Assembly (NCBI GenBank): GCA_044892505.1
Contig: CM097882.1
Location: forward strand, 119,040,001-119,104,000
Direction: 5' to 3'
From: Schmidtea nova
Lineage: Eukaryota
DNA: 64,000 nt
This document shows positions 39,067 through 53,100 of the stretch, in pieces (the stretch's first letter is position 1; the number at the start of each line of letters is the position of its first letter). The notes beneath the pieces were generated by a model, which was not told where the DNA came from, did no database searches, and saw nothing but the letters and a program-made list of their open reading frames with translations. The translations under genes and the position numbers were made by a program.

Positions 39067-42000
39067 ACCAATGACAGAAATACATATGTGGTATCATTGA
39101 CCACTACAGTAAATACATTTCTCTGTCTGCTATAGCTAAACAAGATGAAAAAACAATATTGAAAATTTTGCTAAACAATTGGACGTAGAAAGAACTGCAC
39201 GTAGACTGTGGGAAAAGTTTTGAGTCAAACGCGTCGTTAAGAGAATAAAGAAGAAAATGTTTGGCAGAGATATTATCAGTAATTCAATATACCTTGAATG
39301 CGATAATACAGAAAACAATTGGGCTAAGTCCGGTTGAAATCATTTTTGGAAGGAGAATTAAAAGATCAAAATGATATAATAGTACTTTAATAAATAAAGA
39401 AAAATAAAGAGCAATGAAACAGAAGTAACAAAAGCAAAAGAAATCAAAAATATAAGAAATTTCTATATAGGAGATAGAGTATAATAAAACGTGAGATTCA
39501 AAATAAAGACCAAGAAAGATTTGAAGGGCCATAATAAAGTAAATTCACGAAAAAAGCTTTTTTTAAGAGATGGAGAAGGCAAAACTATGATAAGAAATAT
39601 CGAGAAGATGAAAGTTTAAAAGAGTATGTAAATTGTTAATATAAAAATTTGATAAAATAAGATTAATAAATATTCATTTAAAAATAAGATTATAAAATTT
39701 TATTAAATTCAAAAACTTTTTATTAAATTCAAAAAAATAAATTTTAATTTCAAATTAAATTGAAAATATAAAATTTATTCAGTATGTTGAATTAAAGAAT
39801 ATTTGAATCATATCTCATGAAAATTATCGATGCTTCAGAAAAAATATTCAAATAATATTATTGATAATTATTGTTTGGATAAGATGTTTTAAAGAATACA
39901 ATTTTTGGAATTAAATCTTGGTATTATTAAAAACTGATTATGTTTTCAGAAGAAACCGAGTGCAATGCAATTGCAACTAACATAGGTACACACATAAAAT
40001 TCATGAACTTTCATACACACAGAACACATGCATGCCAAGTGCAATACAAATGAATGAATCTGATTGGTCGCACACAGACAATGATTTGCCATAAATCTAG
40101 TTTAATCAAGAAATTTTTGATGACTCGAATGAAAATATTAAACCAATTGTCAAGACTGTTCAAATGTTTTTCTTGGAAAACGAAATTGAAATCAAATCCA
40201 TCAATCCAGTCAAATTAATCAAGTCGCAATATTTAAACTTGATTTGGAAATTATGTAAAGATATCGTTAGTGTCCACGAAGTTTTGATGAAAATCAATAA
40301 AATTTGACTTACAACGAAAATATATTCATCAACAATCGCAAAATACGTTTTCATGATGCCTTCCAAACACTAGAATATATAGATGATGAAAACTGGTTCA
40401 TCAATATTACAATCCAAAGATATAAAATCGATTCTAAGGATGTTATGACACTGATTTGGAGAATAGACTGTGCTGGATTAGCATAGACTTTATCAGTTTT
40501 CACTTTTTCAAGTTTTTGTGAATTTTTGAATTTTTTATTGATTTTTTGTTAATTTTTCTAATTTTGTAATAAATTTTAAAATAATTTGACCTTAAAATTT
40601 TTGACCTTGGCCTTTATATGACCTTGACTTTAAAATAAAAGTATAATATTATGTCATCAATTACGTTATTGGTTAAATTATAAAAATATATGATAATGTC
40701 AAAATATTTTGTTGGACTCACTTGATTTCCATTGGCTATGATCCATATATGACGTCATTGCCTTTGTTATGGAGTCCATATAACTACCCACTTATACGCA
40801 ACATAGTATTATGTCATTTAAGTATTATGTCATTCTCAAATCACATTTCTAATTTTATTATTTTAGAATTTCAAAAGTATTTAGTCTTCTCTAGAAAATG
40901 TTACATTTTAAAATATTATGTTATGTTTATGTATCTACAAAATTCCCCATGCTTTATACTATATGCAAATTATTTTAATTTAACCACGTGTTTTTTATCT
41001 TTTTTAAATTAAGTACATTAAAATCTTATTTAAAAAGTTATAAATTTATTTTTACCTTATAGCTTTGGTGAGTTTAAAATTCTTTACAAAATAATATAAT
41101 TCTGTTTTATCCATTTAAAATATTATACGTGGTTTTATTTAGCACAAGTATCTGAGACCGTAAAAAATTTACTTGTCCCAATTTTTTAACTACATATATT
41201 TTTAAATTAATTTGCTTTTTTCCATGCTTTATATAAGGTTGCTTTCTATATATATGTGTGTGCCACAAAATTACAAATCAATTTTTTAGTGCTTTTCTCT
41301 CAACCGAATCACTTCAAATTTTGCACACTTGCTCACTTCCGGTGACAATACATGGAAATTGATAAATTTGACCAAAAAAAGTTAATTAAGTTAACTAAAT
41401 AACAATTTGAATTTGCTTTATATAAGGTTGCTTTCTATATATATGTGTGTGCCACAAAATTACAAATCAATTTTTAGTGCTTTTCTCTCAACCGATTCAC
41501 TTCAAATTTTGCACACTTGCTCACTTCCGGTGACAATACATGGAAATTGATAAATTTGACCAAAAAAAGTTAATTAAGTTAACTAAATAACAATTTGAAT
41601 TTCCCCATACATTTAACAATGGACGAGAGGTAAATGTGTTGGTGTCTTCAGAGAAATTTTGCGTGTAAATGTAATATAAATTATTGTTCGAATCATCTCA
41701 AGTGAAATTTTTTTTTAATTTTTTTAATGCTTTTTTTTGCTTTTTTATTTAATTAATTTAACTTTTAATATAAAAATAAATGTTTTGAAAAAAAATTTGA
41801 AAACAAATTTTTTTTTAAAAATTTTTTTTGAGGACACACGAAAAATGTAATATAATTTTCCCTTCTACAAAATATAACAAAAAAAAATTTCTCAGCCAAG
41901 TGGAGTTCTGCTCGCATAAAGCATGGATTTGAAAAAAGAATTTTTTTTTGATTTACTAGTTACTTGTTTAAAATATTTTTATGCGTTTTTATTTACCACA

Positions 42001-44128
42001 AATATTTACCACAAAAAACACCAAAATTTTAGTTCAAAATATAAAAACCTTTTTAACCTGAAGAAATTGTAAGAGGGAAAAATTTAATCATTGAAAACTG
42101 TGTATAAAAGATTGACAACAAATTTATTTTAAATACTTGAGACCAAAATTTAGTTCAAAAATACCCGAGTCACTTTTTTCACTTAAAGAAAATATGAGAA
42201 CTGTGTAAAAAATGAATATTGAAAAAATTGAGCCCCCTTTTCATCTATCGAAATTGTGAGACTTGAAAGCTCTTGTATAAAAAATATGACAATTGTAAAC
42301 TGTGTATTAAAAATCCTATACAAAATATGGAGAAAAATTTAGTTCAAAATACCCAAGACCTTTTTTGCCTTAAGAAATTGTGATTAGAAAATTTATTCAA
42401 TGATATCGATTCATAAAAATCCTATTCAAAACATCGTAGAAGTATTTTCAGTTTATTTTAACAACTGAAAAGTATAGTGGCCCTCTAACTCATGTTGAGC
42501 CCGTACATGTAAAGGTTATTTGAATGAATCGAAAATGAAAACCAGAATAGAGACAGGTAATTCAAAAAGGAACTAAAAGCGGTAAAATAATTGAAAAGGA
42601 AAGTAAAAGTAAAATACTGACACCAAAAGAAATAGGAAGTAAATAAAATTAAACAGAAAGACAGAAAATAAGCCAATATGTTCTCCCAGACTGAGAATAG
42701 CGTGTAGGTCATCATGCACAGATCATACATTTTGAATCCAATTCATCTGTAGGCATGTGGATGAATCATAGTTTTACTCTCGGTATGAACATCAATAGCA
42801 GCGCCATACTATCGCAAGTGCAACAAGTGCAATGGCACTGGGCCCCCTATTTTTGAGGGGCCCTTAAATATTAAATACATTGGAAAAACTTCTCCATTAG
42901 CAAAAATATATTTTAGAAGATAATTATACTATTATGGAGAATTTGGAATACATTTTTAGAAAGAAGTTTGGAAGAATTAGATCCAAATGTATGTATCATA
43001 TAACGAATAATATTAACAGTACCCATTTTACCTTTTCTCATTGTGAACGATCGTTTTCAAAACTAAAATTAATTGAAAATTATCTACGGTCTACAATGTC
43101 ACAAGAAAGACTTCCTGGATTGGCAATACTGCCGATTGGAAATGCAACAGCCAGAGCAATTGATTACAATGATATAATTAATGAATTTGCCAGCAAAAAA
43201 AGCTGGAAAAATTACTTTATAATTGCTTTGTATTATTTTTTTAAATAAAATCAATAAAAGATTAATTCAAATTTAAAAAAAAAATTTTAGTTTCTGCACA
43301 GGGCCCCCAAAAGTTACAGCACGGCGCTGATCAATAGCTATTAGTCTGTTAACATTTGGGCTTGTGCACGGTTTAAACAATTATTGGGTAGCAAATCCGA
43401 ATTATCTTTATAAATCGTTAAAGGTTTTACCCCAAAATTAAAATATAAAGTTCTTTAAAACAATTATGTAATATGATATGTGGTGCGTGAAATATTGTGT
43501 AATAATCTTTTCTTAATTTCAGCGTAATCATTTTATATTCACATTTTGAAAGATGTAATACAATAAATTTATATTTATTTATTTAATTTTTATATCCACA
43601 CGAATTTATAAGTTGGCAAATAAGTTCTGTCATCATTTTATCATTCCAACATTTTCTTATCCAACGTTTGAATTTAATATAAAGATGACTTGGTGCTAAC
43701 TATCAAAATACTTCTAATATCATACTTTTGGTCCATAATTTTTAATTAACAACTGGTGGACTATTCTACTTCGATCATCTGCATTCCATTAACTAGAGTG
43801 ACAGCTTCTAACTTTGTTTCACAGTTTTCATTCGAGTCAATTCAGAAATGCCAATAATAGGATATTTAGGAAATAATCAAAGCAATAAAATATTTTTCAT
43901 TAAAGTAAGTTGTAGTGGTACAAATTGTCTAATAAATGAAATTGTAAATTATTTCATTGTTACAGGGTCATGAATTGTCCAATTCAGTCAATCTGCAATG
44001 ACATCGGTCGTATTTAATATCAAATAAGTTTAGTATTTCAGAATAAAACAATTAAAAATTAAATAGTTTGTCATTGTTAGGATATTTTATCGTTTAAATT
44101 TTTATATTTTTCTTGTCAATTATTTTTC

Positions 44129-44197
<69 letters not shown>

Positions 44198-47100
44198 CTT
44201 TTTTTGTAAAAAATAGGTGGCGGTACCAAGTTGAGGTCATTAATTTTTGCGAAATTCAACATATAAGTGATTTTTTATGAAATTATTTCATATCGCTCTT
44301 TATGTTAAATAATAACTATAACTCCAAGATACTAAAACAATTATATTTTTTGAAATAGCTTAAATAAAACGTTATTGCATTGTTATACCGTATAGTATAC
44401 GACTGTAAGATTTAACTAGCGCCTTATTCTTAGATTACTTTTCAAAATGTATTTAGTTATCTTTCATTTTTTTACAAAAAAACCTTGTTAAAGGTGAAAA
44501 CAAAAAAGAAATTGGTGTGAAACAATTCATAATAAACCCCAGAGTTTGACCAGGTTCTCGTCCGACACACATTCCCGACTGCGCTCTTTGACGTTGGTAT
44601 CTATGGCCGAGTGTCTTCCACAAAGCAACCACAAATAAACATATCTTGTGGGATCAAAACGTGTGAGTCGGGGTCCAACTAATCTTATAAATAAAAGCGA
44701 AGATACAGTTGTTGTCATCAATGAAGCTCTTTCGCTCAGCTTCACTTGAAGAAATTTGGATTGTACTGAGGGCAATTTGCAAAGGAAGAAGTTTATCAGG
44801 AACACTTTTTCGGTAATATATTCACGAAATCCACGAATCATTGTTCTTTCGTTTAACTGTTCTTGTTGACAAGTTCCTTATTTCTACATCGCCATACGTC
44901 AAGTGCGTATCAATATTGCCAGGCCAATGTTAAAGATGAAGCACTCGAGCCGAGTATGAGTTACCTTATATGAGTTATACGTAATTGCGCACTAATAGGT
45001 GAATATAATTATTATATTACGTTAGAGCATTTTTGCTATTCGTATTTAAGTGCTAACTTATAGATGAAAATATAAAATAAAAAATTCATATTAATAGTAT
45101 AATAAATAATAATAATAATATAAAACACTTATAAGTTACTATTAATTATATTTTATTTTTTATAAGTTGAAAAAGGCGCCGGTCATAATCATAAGTGGTG
45201 ATTTCTGGGTGTGCGCATTTCATGTTCCTGGCTTTTGGTTTGTTGCGCCTGTGTGATGTCAGATATAGCGTCTGTGTGCACTTGTGTATTTCTGTTGGTG
45301 TGCTGAGGAGTGAGCTCTCGCGTCTGTGTGCGCAGGCTGTTTATGTTACTCGCGTTTGTGTGGCATGCTCTTTTATGGCAGGTGGATTTAATTATTGATT
45401 GAGTTTATTTGAAAATTTTTTTTGCAGAATTTGGTTCTCGATTTAGATTTGGAGTTTTTGTTTTGCAATGTCATTTTGGAGTTTTTGGGATTTGGTTTTT
45501 TCAAATGTATGTTTGGAGTAATGGAGTTTTAGATTTGAATTTTGAATTGAGGATACATAAAAATTTACTAATGAACAGTGCAGTTCTAAATGAAGATTAT
45601 CTGGAATTTGATGAATGGCCTTTTACCGATTACACAGAATCAGCTGGACCTGATGATAATTTTGAAAGTCAATTGATAACGAAATTTAAATGTGAAGATT
45701 ATTTCTATCGTAAACAAGCGTTTCAAAAAGCCATGATGTAAATTCAGAGCCAACAATATTCAGAAAACATCAGCAACATTTCATCAGTATTATTGAATGC
45801 TCTAATATTAATTTGCAATGATTCATAGGTGTCTTTGAGGACGGATTTAGCTGAATCATTGATCACAATCACAAAGATGTGCACCGCAAAAGCGATAAAA
45901 GGAGATTATGACTGCGTAAAATGTTTCACTGTGCCTTGTGTGATGGCATTTTTTCATGATGCAAATAAAGAAGTTCGATTGGCTAGTCCCAAAACGATTA
46001 AAAGCTTGATATCCAAATCCCTGAAGCGCGCTGGTTTTCTTGGTCTCAAATCAATAACCAAACAAATCACAGAGAGCCTTTCTCTATTCTTTTACGTAGT
46101 GTTCATTAAAAACAACAATCTAATGATAAAATCCAAGCATTTTCTGGCGGTAACGATGTCATAATTCGATTTGACGATTGTCCCGAAATCCTCTCGAAAG
46201 TCCATTTGAATGTTGTTTATTTAGTTACGGAAACGAATAAAAATTATTATTTGGCCTTTCATTTGAAAATCAACCAATAAGTTTTCTTTAATTCAAATTT
46301 TAATTAACTACAATGAATTTTTAAATTTTCTTCACCTTCAATTATTATTTAAACTAACTTTTTTTAATCCAATGATCAAAATAACATTTCAATATATTTC
46401 ATTTAATTTTTTCAAAATAGAAATTTCTTAAATGACAATAAAAACTTTATAAAAACTTTCACAAATTTTTATAAATTCCTACAAATTTCCGAATCAATCG
46501 ACTGTATATCATAATAACCTTGAAATAAAATTATTTTACCGTGAAACTCAAATATAATATGAAATTACCCGGGGTATGAGGAAATTAGAAATAGCAAAAG
46601 CCTACCCCATAACAAATCTTGGCTCCCTGTTTCAATAATTATTTGATGCATGAAATTTTTACAAAATGAAAAATTTACAAACACAAACCCAATGATTGAA
46701 GCCATCAATAAAAAAAATGTTTCCCGTGCTGAAATCTATTTCCATTTTAGTAGCATTTCTTATAGAGAATTTATGTGTAACGCCATCATTAGCAAATCTA
46801 GATATAAACCCGTTCTGATGTAGAATGAAACCACAATTCCTAAACATATGTACGTCTGAAATTATAATTAGTATGAAATAATATAATATATAATACAATA
46901 TAATAATATATACCGAATTTTCGCGAATATAAGCCTTATAAAAGAAAAATAGTTGATTTTAATCAATAATTTTCATAATTGTACGACTATAGATCAAAAT
47001 ATTTTTTGGTTGTCAAGTACATGATATTTGGGCATTGCCCTTATCAAGTGTACATTTACGCATTTGATAAAGGTTGTGTTGAAATATCGTGTACTTAACA

Positions 47101-50100
47101 ACAAAAAATTTTTTGATATAGTCGTACAATTATGAAAATTATTTATTTAAATAAAAAGAGATCAAAGATAAAACCAAAAAATAATTATGATAAAAAAAAT
47201 AGTCGAATTTTAAAAAGGCTTAAGAAAATGCTTTATACATTTTTACAAAGCTGAAATGATTTAAATTAATTCAAAATTTTATTTAGCTAGATAGATTGAA
47301 ATTCTATCAGCTATCATAAATAATTAGCACTAGACTAAACCATCAAATTCTTCATCCGATTAAAGCAGCGGTCGGGGAACTTTTTTAAATATTTTTGCGT
47401 AAGTCGATATTATCCCCCCATTCTGAAAAGAAAACAATCAATGTAAATTTTAAATAAACATTATTTATTAAATTAATTTACATTTACATATTTATAAAAA
47501 AGTTACATGAAAATAGTAAGTATGTAATATAGTCGATTTTTAGCCATATACTTTAATTGCACAAACACAGTTCCATGAACTCGAACAAATTTAAACGATT
47601 ATGTAAAACGTTTATGAAATAGCAATTTAAATATTAGAAAAATTTCCTTATTACCCAAAAAACTTTCATTTTTACCCCATTTGGGGTAATTTACCCCGGT
47701 TCCCCGACCGCTGGATTAAAGGCTTCCAGAATGTCGTAATACTAATAAATCAGAATCTAATATCATTTTCATTATCAGATTCAGAATCGCCATCACTTAT
47801 ACCAAAACAGTTTCCTTCTTTTTCGAACACGTTTTTTCGTATTACTCATTTCCAATACATTCTTCTTTTTCTCTTGCGCCGGGCATTCATTTCGTCTATT
47901 TGATACCCGCGTTAAGACAATCCATTTCATTTTCCTCTGTTTATTATATGGCTTCTAGTTTAATAGTTCTTGTATATGAATTGTGACGCGTTGATAGCAT
48001 TCTTAGGTTAAAATTAATTAAAATAATGGTTAATTATTTTATTAAATATTTTCAAATAACACCGGTTTAAAAATGAAAATTAATATAAAACAACTGCTTG
48101 TTTACAGGACATTCAATTTAAATTGGAGCTTAAACATAAAACAAGTAAATTATCGACTGATTGGCTGTTGAAATCTAAGATTGAACAAAAACTTTCAATT
48201 TTTCTAGCAATTACATTATTTCGAATACATTAAAGCTAAGGGTTACCTATGAGTGCGGATTGTAAATCTAAAGGGAATCAGTAAATTGTTAGATGTGGTT
48301 TGTGCACAAGTGCGATTTTTACATCCATAAAAATATGGTAATAATATTTAATCATATATCATATTATACAATTAAAAATAAAAATAAAACAATAATTATT
48401 TCTATAAGTAATAATAATATTTATAAAAATTAAAATAACGAATATTAATAAAATAATAATACCTTTTACTAATGTTAGAGTATTAAGAAAAGAATCATAA
48501 TTTCTTGATTCGAAAGTTTTTAAACTAAAATTCATACATTTGACAGTGCCATTATTAATGATATAGATATTGAAATAAACCTTCACTTCTATTAAGCATT
48601 TTTATTCTGCTTATGAATGACAGTAAACTTACTGGAATTTAAGGTAACACCCGAAATGGTTTGAGAAAAATTCCCTATTGATACGTTGACTTCATACTTT
48701 GAATTAGGCTGCAAATGGTAGAATCGGAAATGCAATCTATTATTGGCAATACCTGTTTTGACGGTTGTTTGATTCAATTTCAATTGCAAAGTATATGAAA
48801 ATAGCTTCCAACGAGAATCACCTGGAAGCGAGAAATAATCAGTTGGAGAATAAAAATCACTCAAAATAAAAAGTGTGTTAATTTGGAAAACTGTCAACAT
48901 TAATAAGATAAATTATAATGGATTCCTTAGATAAAATCAAGAAAATAGTGTAAAAATAGATAAACAGAATATTAAGCCATTCTAAGTTAAAATAGCCTTA
49001 AGCTCATTACGGAGGAGTGAGGATACTGAGGTAGTGGTAAAAGCCTAATAATCAAAACCTCCATCTGCTACAAGACAATGTTCAAGAGAATTTCGTTATT
49101 AAAGTGACACAAATTGAAAATATTTATCCAATATGATACACAATTTAAAATTACAAGACAATATTGTCATTTAAAATAAACCAAAAGCAAACAATCAAAC
49201 AGACATCAAAATAAATATTTATAAAGCACGAAACGAAAATTAAAAAACAAAATTTACTTAATTACTTATATTTTTACCAAAATCTTCATTAAAATGTAAT
49301 TTATCATATAATCAATTAAAATCAATTTATCTGAAAAATATAATTAAAATAAAATATATAAATTTAAATATGGTTAATAGTTTGGAATATTTAAAATATA
49401 GTTTTCAAATATAAATAAATAACAATTTAAGAGAAATACTTTTCCAAATTGTGGAACATTAGAGAGAAAAAAGAAAATTTTAGCAAACATTGAAACAAAA
49501 ATATAATGTTGGTGATTAAATTTAAAAGTTCGTTCATATTGTATTTATAATTATTATACATTAAAGTTGAAAACAAATTCAAGATTAAGAAAATTTGTAT
49601 TCAGATTTTATTTCATGCGCCGAATTATCAAAGAACCGTTTTTATTCAGAAACTAGGTGGAAAAATAGAATTATCATTCTCGCTTAAATTTGACAGGTTA
49701 ATGTAAGCCGAATTTACATATTACATTTGATCCTCTATTTAATTATTGAGTTCATCTAAATTATATATGAAGCGCTTCGGCATCTGTATCATGTACCACT
49801 TTAAGCAATGGATCATAAGTCGATGAAGAATGTTGCAAAATACGTTAATTAATGTGAAATGCACAACGCTCTGATCATTGACACTTTGAACGCAAATGGC
49901 CGCTTTTTGGAAACCATTAGCCACGTCTGTCTGAGGGTCGGCATTGCATTTATCATTACGTTCTATAGTAATGTTTTGTAATGTAAATTAAATATATAAT
50001 CAGTAAGATTAACTGACTGTCGAAACAAAAATTCATCTAAAACTCTTACTTTGCCATTGTGCAGCTGGCTGTGTCCACCTGATAAAGATAAAATTGTCCC

Positions 50101-53100
50101 CATAAAATGAGTCTAAGATAACGAATGATATTAGAGGAGCTAAACGTAAAATAAATCCTTAAAATTAATAAATTTCTAAATTTTCAAACTTGGTGGGTCT
50201 CGGTTAATTGAATTGGCAGAGATGTAATGATCCATTTGTCTATGAAATGTGTGAACATTCAGTTGGTTTTCATTAAATTCGAAACTGGCATTGGTCATCC
50301 AAACTACATAATTGTCATGTTTCAACTGGAGTTTTGCTGGAGGCTGAAAATTGACATTTCTCAAATCGAAATCTTTCACTAAAATTCTGTTTTCCAATTG
50401 AAAGGTTGATAAACTATTGGCTTCTAGAATCTTAGTAGAGGTCCCATCTTTACCTAGCATCAGAGAGCACGAATTCGGTATTTCAATTGTCACTGATTTC
50501 AGATGAGAGAAAGAAACATTTCCCAGGGTTGGGGATTGAATAATTGTGTAATATCGGCTGATGTTGCGGTGCATTAATATATGAATCAATCTGAATTCAA
50601 AGTTTTAACAAAAATATTTGATTTTGACACTGGATATATCATATACGATTCATTGATTAGATACGTTTATATAGAAAGTCTTGGAAGGGGAATATCATTC
50701 TCTGTAAAGTTTGGAAATTGTCAAAAAAGTTGCAATGGAATTTAACAAGAAATATGGTGTTCATATAAACTACGGTTATCAATACACAACTCTTATGGAG
50801 GTATGAAAATTCCTAGTCAATGCATAAACCAGATGGCAACACAAACCTAACACCAAGTAATATCATAATGAAAACAACATTTATAGGGAAATGACCATTA
50901 AATAACTTGACTAATTACAAGTTATATAAGTGGATCTTTGGAGTCACCTACGAAGTGTCAAGAATTCAGTCTACTTGATCTTAGAAATTTGAAGAACTAG
51001 AAGACCACCAGATTCCGTTTGAAAAATATCCTAAAGAGAATAGTGAAAATGTAAGTACGAGAATAACATCAAATGTGCTAACATGAATTCATAGAATGAG
51101 ACTGATATATCAGAATTCATTTACTTTGGAATCTTTTGAAAATAAAGTCATTTTTTCAGTAGTTTCCAAATATTCTCGGTAGCTAAAAAGTCTAGGATAT
51201 GTGTAAGTCATTCCAATATCTTGATTACGTTTTTTCAGTGCTTTAAATATTAGATTTATTTAGATATATTCGGTGCAATATCGTGTAGTTAGCAATGGTA
51301 ATGTCTTGTCATTCAGATAGGACAACATGTTTTTGGTGGCAACACATTCAGGAGTCCAATTTATAAATTTAATTGCTAATAAATTTTTCAATTTATATTT
51401 CTTATAGTGAACCTTTAACCCTTCCCCTAAATATTAAATTGATTATATGAAGATTTATAGTAAAAAATATGCCTTTATAATGTTAAGTTATCTGTTGTCG
51501 CGAACTTAGACAATCCAAGGCCCGATCCAGAATAATAAATAAAGTACTTATCGCAATAATTTGCAAAAATACTCAGTGATAATGGCAAAAATTACCGAAA
51601 TTTCGTAAAAAGAAGTCATGATACTTATTACAGCAGACAAGATACAATAATTGCAAATCTCATTGGTTAAAATAGTTAAACAAATTTCGACGTTTGATGC
51701 TGTTGATTCAGGCAAATTTAAAAGATGTTTATTTGTCAATGAACATATATACTTTGATTTAATAATTTCACTGTAAGAAAAGTGCATACGCTAAGATATG
51801 TAATTCCGAACATTGATCATATCTTGAGTACATATTTCTTTCATTTTGGATAACTATCTATTCGTAGTCATGAGGATTTTCATCCTTTGAAAGTTGACAA
51901 TTAATTTGTGAGTTACTAAATGAATCCATAAAATTTATTTCAACAAATTTTTTAAAAACTTAAACTGGTTTTCATTTGTTATGTTATTGAAACAAATTTA
52001 CCATCTTCATTTTTTATTTTTTATTTTTTTATTTGAAATATTTTTTCAATTTTAACTTTTTAATTTAAAATCCTTTCTAAATTTTCAATTTCACATTTGC
52101 AATATTTTGTAGCCATTACCTTTAAAAATTTTAGAATCTTCCAGCTTCCATCATATCCCCCTTCTTAAGAAATTTTTTAAGTTTTTCCACGTTTCTATCG
52201 ATCTTTTTATCATTCTTGTTTCTTAAGATATATCGTTTGTCATGCACTTTCACGATGTGTGGTCCCTCATATCTGTCCTGGTTTTTATTGCGTGTTTCTA
52301 ATTTTACTAAAACGTATTCTTCAATATTGAATTTCCTACTTGTTTGTTTTTTTGGTTCTTCTTTTACCTGTTTTTCTTCGGACTCGTACCATTTTTCCAT
52401 GTTAATCTTTTTTCCAAAAACTATCTTTGCTGGCTTTTTCCTGTCGTTTTTTGTTTGGTTGCATTTAATGTGAATTCGACTGCTGGGAGTATCTCCGCCC
52501 AATCAATCTTCTTTCTTTCCTGTACTGTAGCATTTATCAGTTCTCGAATTGTCCTGAATTGTCTTTCTATCTGTCTATTTGTTTAGTGATGGTATGGACT
52601 CAAATAATATAACTTGATATTTAGCTCCTTTGTGAATTCTCTCATCACTCCTGATTTAATGGCCTTCCCACAATCAACTCTTATCTCCTTTGGGCAACCA
52701 AATCTTAAAATACATTTTTCGAAAATCGTTTTCTTTATCGTTTTTTCGTCTTGTCTTGTTATGGCTGTCAAGACTTGATACTTACTATACTGGTATATTA
52801 TGCCCAATATATACTTTTTACGTCGTTTGGTTTCTTGCATTGGTCCACATATTCACGAATATAATTTCAAACATTTCGTTTGATTCTAGTTTCTTTACTA
52901 ATTCTTTCGTTGTTTTTGTTATAGCCTTTGTTTTTTGACAAATCTCGCAACTTCTAACAATTTCTTGAATCTGACTCAATAAGTGTTTTCCAAAATATCT
53001 CTTTCATATAATCGGCTATCTTCTCGACTCCAGCATGACACAATAGTCCATGTATTTCCTTTATAGTTTCTTGTATCTCATTTTCAGCTATGATTGTTTT

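Noticed and set aside
40100-40490. Extended semi-open reading frames
   Set aside because: No motif recognised; cannot be assigned without a search.
45180-45400. G/T-rich, GC-richer block resembling a solo LTR
   Set aside because: No TG..CA ends, TSD or match to the LTRs in this window.
48245-48285. GCGGATTGTAAATCT resembling a tRNA-Tyr anticodon arm
   Set aside because: No acceptor stem, D-arm or T-arm.
51548-51787. Minus-strand ORF considered as an RTK exon
   Set aside because: Exon 56860 splices directly and in phase to 50590 giving VDPING-LIH; no good splice pair for this ORF.
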